Positions 15,929-26,057 of a stretch of 64,000 nucleotides of DNA are shown here, piece after piece. The stretch's first letter is position 1. Each line of letters begins with the position of its first letter. Origin of the DNA: an uncultured Eubacteriales bacterium (GTDB lineage: Bacteria > Acidobacteriota > Aminicenantia > Aminicenantales > Aminicenantaceae); contig CAYSCW010000002.1 in NCBI GenBank assembly GCA_964429795.1, positions 23,431 through 87,430 on the forward strand. Direction: 5' to 3'. Made by a program: the position numbers and the translations under genes. Under the pieces are notes generated by a model. It made no database searches and was not told the origin of the DNA. It was given only the letters and a program-made list of their open reading frames with translations.

Positions 15929-18487
15929 TCAATTTTGTTGAGCTGATTTGAAAAGTGCCGCTTCACGTGTCATCATAAATACAGGATTTTTAATTCCGAA
16001 GGCATTCTCCACTATCTGCCGGGGCCGGATACCTTTCTGTGCGGAGTAGTTGAAACAGAGCAGGAGCTTGCCTGATTTTTTGTCGACAAAAACCTCTTCA
16101 GGATCACTTTCTTTATTCTTGTGTAGAGTTGCTTCAATTTGTTTCTCTATCCTCTCCCACTCTTGTGAGGAATAGTCTTTTTTCTGGTCTTTAATTTCCA
16201 GTACCCGTTTCATTTCCGGGGCATTTAAATCGATTGAATAGACTAGTCTTCCCAAATCCTGGTTAAGGCCGGGTGTTTTCTCATCGAGTCTTCGCAATTC
16301 CAGAAATTTGATGCCTGAGGGGAGATTGGCGTTTAAATGGGTAATAAATTGCTTTTCTTGAAAGAGATACAGGGATTTAAATTCCAAGGCTTCTCTTTTT
16401 CCTTCCATGCCCAGAGGAAGGGCAGGAATGTAGGAAATGATCATCTTGGGATGATAGCCTTCAGAATGAATGATGGAGATGTTTGCTCTTCGGAAGCTTC
16501 TTTGAATCACATTATTGAGATCCAAATGTGAAAGATATCTTGCGTTTTGGATCTTGGAGTAGAAGGCTCGGTAGCGAATAGCATGGTCTGTTTTCTTACC
16601 CAGAGGGGGAGAATGTATGGCAGGCTTTTTGACTTCTTTCTCATGCTTTTTTGGCAGCAAGGATGAATAAGAACATCCCTTACATTTCTCACATGAGACC
16701 TCGAGACAAGATGGTGTCGGTTCCTCCCTCAGAGATTTTTCCATCTCTTCCAAGAGGTAAGACTTGTTGATTCCTGGATCAATATGATCCCAAGGCAAGA
16801 TTTCATCCTTCCCTCGTCCACCGAGATAGAGACGATAATCGATATCTTGGGCCTTGAAAGTTTCCATCCAGGTTTGGAATCGAAACAGGTCTTTCCAGCT
16901 ATCGAATCGTGCTCCGTTCTGCCATGCTTCATGCAGAACAGGCGTCAGGCGTCTATCTCCTCGGGAGAAAACAGCCTCTATCAGGGAGGTTTTGAGAGAA
17001 TGTTCTTTAAATTTGACGAAAGGATATTTTTTTAGCCTGGATTTTATGAATCGGTGTTTTTCTCTCAGGAACTCTTCTTCTTCCATGGCCAACCACTGGA
17101 ATGGAGTATGGGGTTTAGGGATGAAAGAAGAAATGCTCAGGTTGATTCGAGGTGAGGATTTGAGAATCCTGGAACCCATGCTGATGATTTCTTTGACCAT
17201 TGCCACGATTCCTTCTAAATCGTCCTCAGTTTCTGTTGGGAGTCCTACCATGAAATAAAGTTTGAGCAGTCTCCAGCCCAATGAAAAAGCGGTTTCCGCT
17301 GCCTCGAAGATTTCTCTGTCTTGAAGATTTTTATTGAGGACACGCCTTAACCTTTCTGATCCAGCTTCAGGAACCAAAGTGAATCCTGTTTTCTTAACTC
17401 TGATGATGCTGCGGGCAATATCAGAAGTAAGACCCTTTGGACGCAATGAAGGCAGGGAAAGAGAAATCTTTCTCTCTTCCAGATTATCCATCAAGGTAAC
17501 GACCACTTCATCCAGATATGGATAATCACTTATAGAAAGGGCGGCTAAAGAGGCAGCTTCATAGCCCGTTGCATCGAGGCTTTTCATAATATTCTGCAGG
17601 ACAAAAGAAGGGCTCTTGGCTCTGGGGGGAAAATAGATGTTTGTAGCTTGGCAGAAGCGGCATTTCTGGGGGCAACCCCTCTCTACTTCCACACCCACCC
17701 TGTCAAAAACAATTTTTACATTGGGCACTACGATCTTCTCTGGAAAAGATGCCTGATCCAAGGGAAAAAAGACTCTTTTTTCGATCTTGCTGGGAGCATC
17801 CTGTAATGCCTTAACAGCCAGGAGAGAAGACTCTGCGGGATGGTAAGGAATATAGAGAGAAGGAACATAGACTCCTTTAATCTTTGCCAACTCCTTGAGG
17901 ATGGCCTCCCTCTCCAATTCTTTTTCTTTCAGGCTCACAAATCTCTCTGCAATTTCCACAAAGGCCTCTTCTCCATCTCCTACCAGAAAAAGATCGAAGA
18001 TATCGGCCACTGGCTCGGGGTTAAAAGCAGCTGGTCCTCCTGCGATGATAAGAGGTGAGTTCTGCTTCCTTTCTGATGAAAAGAGAGGAATCCGGCCTAG
18101 ATCGAGGATGGTCAAGATATTGGTGTAGTTGAGTTCATAGAGGAGAGAGAAACCGATGATATCGAATCGAGAAAGCGGAAGTTTATTTTCAAGCGAAAGA
18201 AGAGGAATGTTTTTCGACCTGAGTTCTTGTTCGAAATCTACCCAAGGAGTGAAAACTCTTTCAGCCAGGAAAGAAGGATGTTGATTCAAGATAGCATACA
18301 GAATTTTTTGTCCCAGATAGGACATTCCGATCTCATAGATATCAGGAAAGACGAGGGCAATTTTTGCCTTCACTCTCCTGGGATCTTTTCGGATCTCATT
18401 CCATTCTCCGCCGAGATAACGTCCAGGCTTTTCCACCCGCTTCAAGATGTCTTCCCAGGCTTTGGCTGTTTTCATCTTCACTTTCAT
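15929..18487 (-). CDS. Radical SAM protein, TIGR03960-type N-terminal part fused to DUF2344 (TIGR03936) C-terminal domain
   Basis: About 853 aa. N-terminal B12-binding-like region. CxxxCxxC cluster in ...ERGCPQKCRFCQAT... The C-terminal 200 aa (AIRYRAFYSKIQNARYLSHLDLNNVIQRSFRRANISIIHSEGYHPKMIISYIPALPLG) is DUF2344-like. The track ORF begins at TTG 18514. First ATG at 18487 (MKVKMKT...). Confidence 0.8.
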   Translation of the reverse strand: MKVKMKTAKAWEDILKRVEKPGRYLGGEWNEIRKDPRRVKAKIALVFPDIYEIGMSYLGQKILYAILNQHPSFLAERVFTPWVDFEQELRSKNIPLLSLENKLPLSRFDIIGFSLLYELNYTNILTILDLGRIPLFSSERKQNSPLIIAGGPAAFNPEPVADIFDLFLVGDGEEAFVEIAERFVSLKEKELEREAILKELAKIKGVYVPSLYIPYHPAESSLLAVKALQDAPSKIEKRVFFPLDQASFPEKIVVPNVKIVFDRVGVEVERGCPQKCRFCQATNIYFPPRAKSPSFVLQNIMKSLDATGYEAASLAALSISDYPYLDEVVVTLMDNLEERKISLSLPSLRPKGLTSDIARSIIRVKKTGFTLVPEAGSERLRRVLNKNLQDREIFEAAETAFSLGWRLLKLYFMVGLPTETEDDLEGIVAMVKEIISMGSRILKSSPRINLSISSFIPKPHTPFQWLAMEEEEFLREKHRFIKSRLKKYPFVKFKEHSLKTSLIEAVFSRGDRRLTPVLHEAWQNGARFDSWKDLFRFQTWMETFKAQDIDYRLYLGGRGKDEILPWDHIDPGINKSYLLEEMEKSLREEPTPSCLEVSCEKCKGCSYSSLLPKKHEKEVKKPAIHSPPLGKKTDHAIRYRAFYSKIQNARYLSHLDLNNVIQRSFRRANISIIHSEGYHPKMIISYIPALPLGMEGKREALEFKSLYLFQEKQFITHLNANLPSGIKFLELRRLDEKTPGLNQDLGRLVYSIDLNAPEMKRVLEIKDQKKDYSSQEWERIEKQIEATLHKNKESDPEEVFVDKKSGKLLLCFNYSAQKGIRPRQIVENAFGIKNPVFMMTREAALFKSAQQN

Positions 18488-18616
18488 TTTTACTGTTTTT
18501 TGCAGACAAAGCAAGCCGGGGAAATTCCTTCAGGAATGCTTTTTTAATTTAACAAATTGGCCAGAATAGAAATTGTAAGAAAGGGCATCGCTTTGAGGAA
18601 TGTTCTCCACTCTTGA

Positions 18617-19708
18617 TCAGACGTTGGCGAACCGCCTCATCTTCACATTCAGGACAAGGGATACGCTCAGATAGGTGGTAAGGAGAGATGATCCCCCATA
18701 GCTCAATAAAGGAACCGGAATTCCTGCAATGGGAAAGAATCCGATAACCATCATGACATTTATAAAAAATTGAGCAGAGATCATCACGGCTACCATAAAT
18801 ATAATGTAGACCCCTGGCCTATCTCTGGAGTCGTTAACCGAACGGAACAGCCGGGAAAGAAGCAGAAAATAACACAACAAGGCTCCTAACACTCCGAGGA
18901 AACCCATCTCTTCTCCGATGACGGAGAAGACGAAATCTGTGTGTCTTGCAGGAAGAAATCTCAACTGGCTCTGAGTTCCTCTTTTGTATCCCTTTCCCAG
19001 AAAGCCTCCTGATCCTATGGCAATCTTTGATTGTTGGATGTGGTATCCTGCACCTAAGGGGTCTTGACCGGGGAAGACGAGTATCTTCAGTCTCTCCTTT
19101 TGGTATTCTTTAAGGCCCAGGTTCCATCCGACAGCGGAGAACAACAGAGCTATTATCACCAAGACTACAAGCATCTTCCTGTTCAATCCGGCTAAGATAA
19201 AAGCAGAAAGGAGGATGGGAAGATAACTCAGGGCCGTTCCCAGATCTGGTTGCAAACTGACCAGAAAGGCAGGAATGCCTACAACAGTACTGCAAAACAG
19301 CATTTTTTTCCATGAGAGGCGTTCTGTTCTGTATTCGGAAAAGAAATAGGTTAGAAGAAGAATGAAAATAACTTTGGTGATCTCTGAGGGTTGGATCTGG
19401 ATGAGGGGAAGCTTAAGCCAGCCTTTGGTTCCGGATACGGTCTTTCCGAAGAGAAGAACGCCACCCAAAACGGCAATAATACCTACGTAGAAGTAAAGAG
19501 ACCAGGCAACTAGAAATTTATAATCTATGGAAATGAAGATAAAGAGGGCGATTAGACTAAAAATGATCCAAAAAATTTGTTTGAGATAAAAATCGCCGTG
19601 AAGATAATGCGATCCGCTGTAGATAATAATCACACCGATGACTGAATTCAGGAGGAGATAGATAACCAGAACCCAATCGATATTTTGTATTTGACGTCTG
19701 TCAATCAT
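18617..19708 (-). CDS. rodA: Rod shape-determining protein RodA (SEDS family peptidoglycan glycosyltransferase)
   Basis: MIDRRQIQNIDWVLVIYLLLNSVIGVIIIYSG..., 10 TM, a FtsW/RodA signature. The start was reset to the ATG at 19708. It is adjacent to mrdA. Confidence 0.9.
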   Translation of the reverse strand: MIDRRQIQNIDWVLVIYLLLNSVIGVIIIYSGSHYLHGDFYLKQIFWIIFSLIALFIFISIDYKFLVAWSLYFYVGIIAVLGGVLLFGKTVSGTKGWLKLPLIQIQPSEITKVIFILLLTYFFSEYRTERLSWKKMLFCSTVVGIPAFLVSLQPDLGTALSYLPILLSAFILAGLNRKMLVVLVIIALLFSAVGWNLGLKEYQKERLKILVFPGQDPLGAGYHIQQSKIAIGSGGFLGKGYKRGTQSQLRFLPARHTDFVFSVIGEEMGFLGVLGALLCYFLLLSRLFRSVNDSRDRPGVYIIFMVAVMISAQFFINVMMVIGFFPIAGIPVPLLSYGGSSLLTTYLSVSLVLNVKMRRFANV

Positions 19709-21497
19709 ATTTTTTTCTGTACAGCTCAAACAAATTACGGGCCAAAGGAGCAGCTGTGGCCCCTCCCGTGCCTCCGTACTCAACCAGGATCGTTACCACT
19801 ACTTTAGGATCATCTTTAGGAGCAAAGCCAGTAAACCAGGAATGAGTTTTGTATTTCTGGCTTTGGCTAGGGCTTTTTTCTTGTGTTTCTGTACTCACCA
19901 GTTGTGTTGAGCCTGTCTTGCCACAGACATCATACCCAGGGAGCTTTGCCGCCCTTCCCGTTCCATTCTCATTGACCCCTTTCCACATGCCTCTTATGAC
20001 TTTTTCAAAAAAAGCAGACTGGATATTCACGAAATACATATTTTTGGCAGGTTTTCCTTGAGTATCGGCCGCTTTTATGATGAGGGGAACAGCAGCCTTT
20101 CCTCTGTTGGCCAGCAGGGCAGTGTGAAAAGCTATCTGAAGAGGAGTCACCAACAAGGGGCCTTGACCGATGGAAACAGAGATGGTCTCTCCCGGATACC
20201 ACGGTTCATTCTTGACTCTCATCTTCCATTGAGGATTGGGCACAAGTCCTTCCTTTTCCCCGGGTAAATCTATTCCCGTTTTTCTTCCAAGTCCCAGCTC
20301 TGTGGCATAATGGTAGATTCCATCGATGCCAATCTTCTTTCCCAGTTGGTAAAAATAGATATTACAGGAGTTCTGAATTCCGGTATAGAGATTGACCGCT
20401 CCATGGCCACCTCTGAACCAGCATCCGAAGGGATGACCATAGATTCGAGTTGATCCACTGCAAAAATAGGAAGTCTTCTCGTTGATTGCACCAAGATCAA
20501 GTGCAGCTAAAGCTATGGTTAATTTAAAGATGGAGCCAGGGGCATACAGTCCCCGAATTGTCCGGTTCTCCAGAGGATACTCTGGGCTCCGAATCAAATC
20601 CAACCATTCCTCAGGAGTAAAACGATTGATGAATTTGTTGGGATCAAAGTCAGGATAACTGGCCATAGCCAAGATGTCTCCGCTTTTCACATCCAGGATG
20701 ACAATAGCTCCTTCCTTTCCTTCTAGGAGTTCTTCGGCCCTTTTTTGGAGATCAAAATCCAGAGCTAGTTTAAGAGTATCGCCTTGAATAGGCTCTCTTC
20801 TAGAGATTTCTCCCTTCCTTCTTCCCTGGCTGTCTACGATCTCTACCAAGCTCCCGTCCTGACCTTCCAGCAAAGTGTCATACTGTTTCTCGACACCTGT
20901 TTTCCCGATAAGATCTCCCAGGCGCTTCTGTGCGTAATGACCGCTTTTAATATCTTCTGGAGATAATTCCTGCAGGTACCCGAGGACATGAGCAGCGAAA
21001 CGGCCGTGAGGATAATACCTTTTGGGCTCAGATTGAAGAATCAACTCAGGCATTTCAATTTTCTTGGCTTCGATCTGAGAAACCTCTTCAAAGGAGAGAT
21101 TATCCTTGACCACTATGGGTATAGAGAGAGGAAGAGATTCGTATTTTTTGATCCTTTCCTTCAACACTTCTATTTCAAGGTTCAAGATGTGAGCAATCTT
21201 CTGGAGGGATGCCTCGTAATCTCTGCAGTTTTCTCTGATCACAGAGGCCTTGAATGAGGCCACATTCCTTGCCAGGAGAACTTGGTTGCGATCAACGATC
21301 AGTCCTCTTGGAGAAGGAAGGATAACTTCCCTTTTACGGTTGGATTCTGAAAGTCTCCAGTACTTCTTATAGTCTAGAATCTGGATCTTCCAAAAACTCA
21401 CCATCAGGAGAACAAACAAGATACCGACCGCGATGTAGACACGTTGAGCCCTGTTGCGGATCGAGGAGAGTTCCTCATAGATTTTGTTATTTTCCAT
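19701..21497 (-). CDS. mrdA: Penicillin-binding protein 2 (elongasome transpeptidase)
   Basis: MENNKIYEELSSIRNRAQRVYIAVGILFVLLMVSF (TM anchor), dimerisation domain, transpeptidase motifs (SxxK-like ...GSIFKL..., SCN in GIQNSCNIYF, KTGS in CGKTGSTQ). Start placed at the ATG at 21497. Confidence 0.9.
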   Translation of the reverse strand: MENNKIYEELSSIRNRAQRVYIAVGILFVLLMVSFWKIQILDYKKYWRLSESNRKREVILPSPRGLIVDRNQVLLARNVASFKASVIRENCRDYEASLQKIAHILNLEIEVLKERIKKYESLPLSIPIVVKDNLSFEEVSQIEAKKIEMPELILQSEPKRYYPHGRFAAHVLGYLQELSPEDIKSGHYAQKRLGDLIGKTGVEKQYDTLLEGQDGSLVEIVDSQGRRKGEISRREPIQGDTLKLALDFDLQKRAEELLEGKEGAIVILDVKSGDILAMASYPDFDPNKFINRFTPEEWLDLIRSPEYPLENRTIRGLYAPGSIFKLTIALAALDLGAINEKTSYFCSGSTRIYGHPFGCWFRGGHGAVNLYTGIQNSCNIYFYQLGKKIGIDGIYHYATELGLGRKTGIDLPGEKEGLVPNPQWKMRVKNEPWYPGETISVSIGQGPLLVTPLQIAFHTALLANRGKAAVPLIIKAADTQGKPAKNMYFVNIQSAFFEKVIRGMWKGVNENGTGRAAKLPGYDVCGKTGSTQLVSTETQEKSPSQSQKYKTHSWFTGFAPKDDPKVVVTILVEYGGTGGATAAPLARNLFELYRKKYD

Positions 21498-21505
21498 CTT
21501 ACATA

Positions 21506-21985
21506 CTATGAAGGGAAATATTTCATCTTCCGAAGGAGGAAAAAAAGGAGACTGCCTAAAATTGCTGTAGCCAAGGGTTGGAATGTATATAGGGATTTCC
21601 CGATAAAAATTTTTTCTGAGAAAAGGAAAGAAGAGAGGAACACCCACAGGATGAAATCCAGACAGAGCAGGATGAAGGTGAATAAGGAACATCGGAAAAA
21701 GGGCATGATATCGATTCTCCTTGGAACATACCCTGATATGAAGCCAATAATGGTTTTGGAGAGTCCAGCAACTCCGAAAACTCCCAAAGTGAGAGAGTCC
21801 TGGATTAGCCCAAAGCATGCTCCCAGGCAGGCTCCGAATATCTCTCCCCTTTTTATGCCAAAATAGATCACAACCAAGCCAAAGATATTAAACAGCTGGA
21901 CAAGGGAGATGGAAATCTTTCCAAGGATCAAGTAGACGACAAAAGCGAAGATAATTCCGGCAAATACTTCTATAAAGTCTCTCAT
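21506..21985 (-). CDS. mreD: Rod shape-determining protein MreD
   Basis: About 160 aa, very hydrophobic (IIFAFVVYLILGKISISLVQLFNIFGLVVIYFGI...). Located between mreC and mrdA. The start could instead be 22033, which would overlap mreC by 41 nt. Confidence 0.7.
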   Translation of the reverse strand: MRDFIEVFAGIIFAFVVYLILGKISISLVQLFNIFGLVVIYFGIKRGEIFGACLGACFGLIQDSLTLGVFGVAGLSKTIIGFISGYVPRRIDIMPFFRCSLFTFILLCLDFILWVFLSSFLFSEKIFIGKSLYTFQPLATAILGSLLFFLLRKMKYFPS

Positions 21986-21992
21986 CAGTGCA

Positions 21993-22847
21993 TCAAAAGA
22001 TTTCCGCCGGGTCTTTAAGGAGAACAGCGACATAGTCTAAATGGCGGAAATCGAAATAGGGTTTGACTTTTACTTCTTTAAAAAGGGATGTGGTAGGAGT
22101 GATAGAGACGATTTCACCCACCAGAATGTTGCTCGGATATATGCCATCAAAACCTGAAGTCAAAAGCGCTTCACCATTATACACCCCCTCTGTTCGCGGA
22201 AGGTCCGAGAGAATATATTTTAAGATACATCCTCCCTCTCCATCTCCGGAAATGATTCCTGGCACCCGATTTTTCTGGGAATAGACGCTGGCTCCGCTCT
22301 CGGAGTCGGTTATCAACTGGACTCTCGATTCTTTGATGGAAATCGGGCCGCTGACTCTTCCCAAAAGATGGCCATTTTTATCCAAGACCACCATATCCTT
22401 CTTCAGACCATCGAGAGAGCCTCTATTGATGATAATAGATTTATAGATATTTCCCGTGTCTAGCCCGATGACTTGGGCAGGCAGTATGTTTTCATGAAGT
22501 GTTTTCAGTTTCTCTTTCATCTCTTTTTCTCCTTGAAGCTTCTGGAGGAAATTCCGGAGAAGAGTGTTCTCCTGTCGCAGGGAGAATATCTCCTTTCTCA
22601 ATTTCTGATTCTGTCTCTCCACATCTCGGAGATAGAAATAGCTGTCCCAGATGTCTCCTGCTTTTCGAAAAAAGGAGACGATGCCATGCTGGATAGGAGA
22701 AAACACAGCAAACACAGCTCTTTCAAAGTAGTTCTTTTCTTCCAGCGGAATTTGAAGGGAAATCAGCACCAGCTGGATGAGAATCAAGATGATGAGTACG
22801 ATTAGACTCTTTTTTTCTTTTAGAGACAGAGGCATGAAGCCGATCAA
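21993..22847 (-). CDS. mreC: Rod shape-determining protein MreC
   Basis: N-terminal TM, a coiled-coil (RQNQKLRKEIFSLRQENTLLRNFLQKLQGEKEMKEKLKTL), then a beta-rich domain. ATGA overlap with the mreB stop. Confidence 0.85.
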   Translation of the reverse strand: MIGFMPLSLKEKKSLIVLIILILIQLVLISLQIPLEEKNYFERAVFAVFSPIQHGIVSFFRKAGDIWDSYFYLRDVERQNQKLRKEIFSLRQENTLLRNFLQKLQGEKEMKEKLKTLHENILPAQVIGLDTGNIYKSIIINRGSLDGLKKDMVVLDKNGHLLGRVSGPISIKESRVQLITDSESGASVYSQKNRVPGIISGDGEGGCILKYILSDLPRTEGVYNGEALLTSGFDGIYPSNILVGEIVSITPTTSLFKEVKVKPYFDFRHLDYVAVLLKDPAEIF

Positions 22848-23875
22848 ATAAGAGAAATCTTTTTTAAGAGGGGAAGATCATCAAGCATCTTTCCCGCACC
22901 CAAGACTACTGTAGCCAACGGGTCATCGGTGATAAAAACAGGAAGTTGAGTCTCCTCACGTATTCTTTTGTCCATATTCTTGAGAAGGGCTCCTCCTCCA
23001 GTCAGAACAATCCCCCTGTCTATGATATCAGCCGATAGCTCTGGAGGGGTTTTCTCCAGTGCGATCCTGATGGCCCCGATGATGGAGGAGACCACATCCT
23101 CAAGGGCCTCTCTTATCTCCTGGTCATCAACGACGATGGTCTTTGGAATTCCCTCCTTAAGGTCTCTCCCTTTTATTTCTAGTGTCATCGGTTCATCCAG
23201 AGGGTAAGCCGATCCAATCTGAAGCTTCACTTGTTCGGCGGTTCTTTCTCCGATGAGCAGGTTGTATTTCTTTTTTATGTGCTGAATGAGGGCCTCGTCC
23301 ATCTCGTTGCCCGCGATGCGAATAGAATGATTAAAAACGATTCCGTCGAGAGAGATAACGGCGATGTCCGTTGTCCCTCCTCCGATATCCACTATCATGT
23401 TCCCGGTTGGTTCGGAGATGGGTAATCCGGCTCCAACAGAGGCGACCATAGGCTGTTCAACCAGATAAACTTCAGAGGCCTTTGCTCTCATGGCTACGTC
23501 TTTAACCGCCCGTCTTTCCACCTGAGTGATCCCTGTGGGAATGCCGATGACGATTCTTGGCCTGATTAGAAAGCTGCGATTGTTTGTTGATTTCTTGATG
23601 AAATAATCGAGCATCTTTTCGGCGATCTCGAAGTCGGCGATCACGCCATCTCGCATTGGCTTAATGGCCAAGATATTGGCCGGTGTTTTCCCCAACATTT
23701 CCTTGGCCCTTTTCCCTACAGCTTCTGGTTTGCCATTCTCTCGGTTAACAATCACTATGGATGGTTCCTGGACCACAATTCCTTTTCCTTTGAGATAGAC
23801 AAGAGTGTTAGCCGTGCCCAGGTCGATGGCCAAGTCACAGAAGAAGCTTTCTTTGATCCAGCTGAGCAGACTCAT
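22844..23875 (-). CDS. mreB: Rod shape-determining actin homolog MreB
   Basis: DLAIDLGTANTLVYLKGKGIVVQEPSIVIV...MIVDIGGGTTDIAVISLDGIV...VLTGGGALL, unmistakable. Confidence 0.95.
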   Translation of the reverse strand: MSLLSWIKESFFCDLAIDLGTANTLVYLKGKGIVVQEPSIVIVNRENGKPEAVGKRAKEMLGKTPANILAIKPMRDGVIADFEIAEKMLDYFIKKSTNNRSFLIRPRIVIGIPTGITQVERRAVKDVAMRAKASEVYLVEQPMVASVGAGLPISEPTGNMIVDIGGGTTDIAVISLDGIVFNHSIRIAGNEMDEALIQHIKKKYNLLIGERTAEQVKLQIGSAYPLDEPMTLEIKGRDLKEGIPKTIVVDDQEIREALEDVVSSIIGAIRIALEKTPPELSADIIDRGIVLTGGGALLKNMDKRIREETQLPVFITDDPLATVVLGAGKMLDDLPLLKKISLI

Positions 23876-23961
23876 CTTTATTTTCTTTATCCTCTATCGT
23901 TTATAAATCTATCACAATTTCTAAAATCAAGCAATTAAAAAAATAATGACATTATTTCCCC

Positions 23962-23990
23962 TTGACTTTTTGCAGTTGAGAAAGATATAT
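23962..23990 (+). promoter_or_regulatory. Sigma70-like promoter for the second OPT transporter (TTGACT - 17 nt - ATATAT)
   Basis: TTGACT at 23962-23967, -10 at 23985-23990, RBS AAGGAGGA at 24012-24019, ATG at 24023. Confidence 0.35.
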
Positions 23991-24022
23991 TTCAGAAAAA
24001 TCGCTCAGACAAGGAGGATGCG

Positions 24023-26023
24023 ATGAGTAACATGCCTTACAAGCCTTATATCCCTCCTGAACAATCGATGAAAGAGATTTCATTCAGAGCTATATTCTTG
24101 GGGATCATCATGGCCATTATCCTAGGAGCAGCTAACGCTTATTTAGGGCTTCTGGTGGGAATGACCGTGGCTGCCACTTTCCCAGCAGCAGTGATTTCCA
24201 TGGCCGTTCTTCGGCCTCTCAAAGGTACCATTCTAGAGGAAAACTTAGCTAGAACTACAGGAGCAGTAGGAGAAGCTCTGGCCGCTGGAGCGATTTTTAC
24301 CATACCGGCCTTTCTTATGACAGGAGTCTGGACAAAATTTGATTTTGTCAAGTCCTCGCTTCTCATGCTAGTCGGAGGAATCCTGGGAGTGCTTCTTATA
24401 ATTCTGGTCAGGCGGACCCTTGTTGAAGATACCGAACTTCCCTTCCCGGAGAGTGTGGCCTGTGCAGAGATGGTCAAGACCGGACAGAAGGCAGGTTCAA
24501 ATGCTGCCTACATGTTTTGGGCCATGGGTCTAGGTGGTTTCATCGAATTCTTCACCAGCGAGAATGGTATCCGCCTCATAAGACCTTATGCTAACACTGT
24601 GTTTAAGATTCCCGGTTTATCTCGCATCACTTATCTTGACAGTTACAATGTGGAGGTTACCAAGACAGGCACGATTAAAGGGAGAATGTTCATCGAGTCA
24701 CCCGCAGCCAATGCAGCCATGACAGGGGTGGGATATATCATCGGACCTAAGCTGGCAGCTCTCACTTTTTCGGGAGGGGTTCTCGGATGGCTCTTCCTGA
24801 TGCCTATTCTTCTCTTTATCAGTGGAGACCTCAGTGCCATAGTTTCCGAATTTCAGGGAGACTGGACCGCCATGGCCGTCTCTGCTTACAACTCTCAGAT
24901 AAAACCGGTGGCAGTAGGGGCCATGCTTGTGGGTGCCTTTTACACCCTCTTCAAGATGCGCAAAAGTCTTATAACCGGCATCGGCCGCTCCCTTACTGAT
25001 GTCAAGAAGGCCCGGGCTGGAATGGACTCTGAAATCGTTAGGACAGATAAAGATTTGCCTTTCCCTTCTATCATCCTCGCCATCATTGCCCTTGTCATTC
25101 CCATGATCATCTTGTATAACATTTTTACCCGCAACCTGGGCTCTGCAACTGTCTCGGCCTTGGTGATGATCGTTATGGGGCTTTTATTTGCTGCTGTGGC
25201 TGGATATCTGGTAGGTATTATCGGTTCTTCCTCTAACCCCATTTCCGGTCTCACTCTGACCACATTGATTATAGCAGCCTTGATGATGGTGATCATGGGA
25301 CAAAGAGGCTCAGAAGGTATTGCTGCTGTTCTGGGTGTGGCTGCAGTCGTCTGCTGCGTGGCAGGAGTGGCTGGAGATATGATTCAGGACTGGAAAGTGG
25401 GACATATTCTTGGTGGAACTCCCTGGCGCATGCAGGTTGGAGGAATGATTGGAGTTGTTGCAGCAGCTTTGACTCTGACCTTCTCCCTTCAGCTCTTACA
25501 TAGCACTATAGGAATTGGAAGCGATGCTCTCCCTGCCCCTCAAGCTGGATTGATGGCCGCCATGTCCAAAGGAATCGTAGGCGGGGAGATGGCCTGGCCA
25601 CTGGTGGTTGCTGGAATGCTGCTGGCTATTGTGCTTATCCTTATCGGTTCTCCCTCACCCATGCTTATCGCTGTGGGTATGTATCTTCCCTTCCGGGCGA
25701 CTGCCTGCATTTTCTTTGGAGGGGTCATCAAATATTTCTTGGATAGTCGAGTGAAGAAAAAGAAATCCACAGCGAGAGGAAAAGAAATCGTAGGAAACAT
25801 CGGTCTGCTTCTGGCTTCGGGATTGATTGCAGGACAGGCGCTGACGGGAATTATCACTGCAGGTTTAGAGGGCGCAAAGCTAAGCCTGCCAGAAACCTGG
25901 AACAGTGCCTGGCTTGGTCTGGTGATTTTCTTTGTTCTGGGATTCGTCCTGATCTATCTTCCTTATAAAAAGATGGTCAAATCTGGTGAATATAGTGCGC
26001 CACCTGAACAGAAGGAAATCTAA
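24023..26023 (+). CDS. OPT-family oligopeptide transporter (paralog 2)
   Basis: 666 aa. MKEISFRAIFLGIIMAIILGAANAYLGLLVGMTVAATFPAAVISMA aligns with the 9510 paralog throughout, including the shared ...APQA.LM... motif. Confidence 0.88.
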   Translation: MSNMPYKPYIPPEQSMKEISFRAIFLGIIMAIILGAANAYLGLLVGMTVAATFPAAVISMAVLRPLKGTILEENLARTTGAVGEALAAGAIFTIPAFLMTGVWTKFDFVKSSLLMLVGGILGVLLIILVRRTLVEDTELPFPESVACAEMVKTGQKAGSNAAYMFWAMGLGGFIEFFTSENGIRLIRPYANTVFKIPGLSRITYLDSYNVEVTKTGTIKGRMFIESPAANAAMTGVGYIIGPKLAALTFSGGVLGWLFLMPILLFISGDLSAIVSEFQGDWTAMAVSAYNSQIKPVAVGAMLVGAFYTLFKMRKSLITGIGRSLTDVKKARAGMDSEIVRTDKDLPFPSIILAIIALVIPMIILYNIFTRNLGSATVSALVMIVMGLLFAAVAGYLVGIIGSSSNPISGLTLTTLIIAALMMVIMGQRGSEGIAAVLGVAAVVCCVAGVAGDMIQDWKVGHILGGTPWRMQVGGMIGVVAAALTLTFSLQLLHSTIGIGSDALPAPQAGLMAAMSKGIVGGEMAWPLVVAGMLLAIVLILIGSPSPMLIAVGMYLPFRATACIFFGGVIKYFLDSRVKKKKSTARGKEIVGNIGLLLASGLIAGQALTGIITAGLEGAKLSLPETWNSAWLGLVIFFVLGFVLIYLPYKKMVKSGEYSAPPEQKEI

Positions 26024-26057
26024 ATATCTCCAGATTAGGGCAGCAAATCAATAGGTT

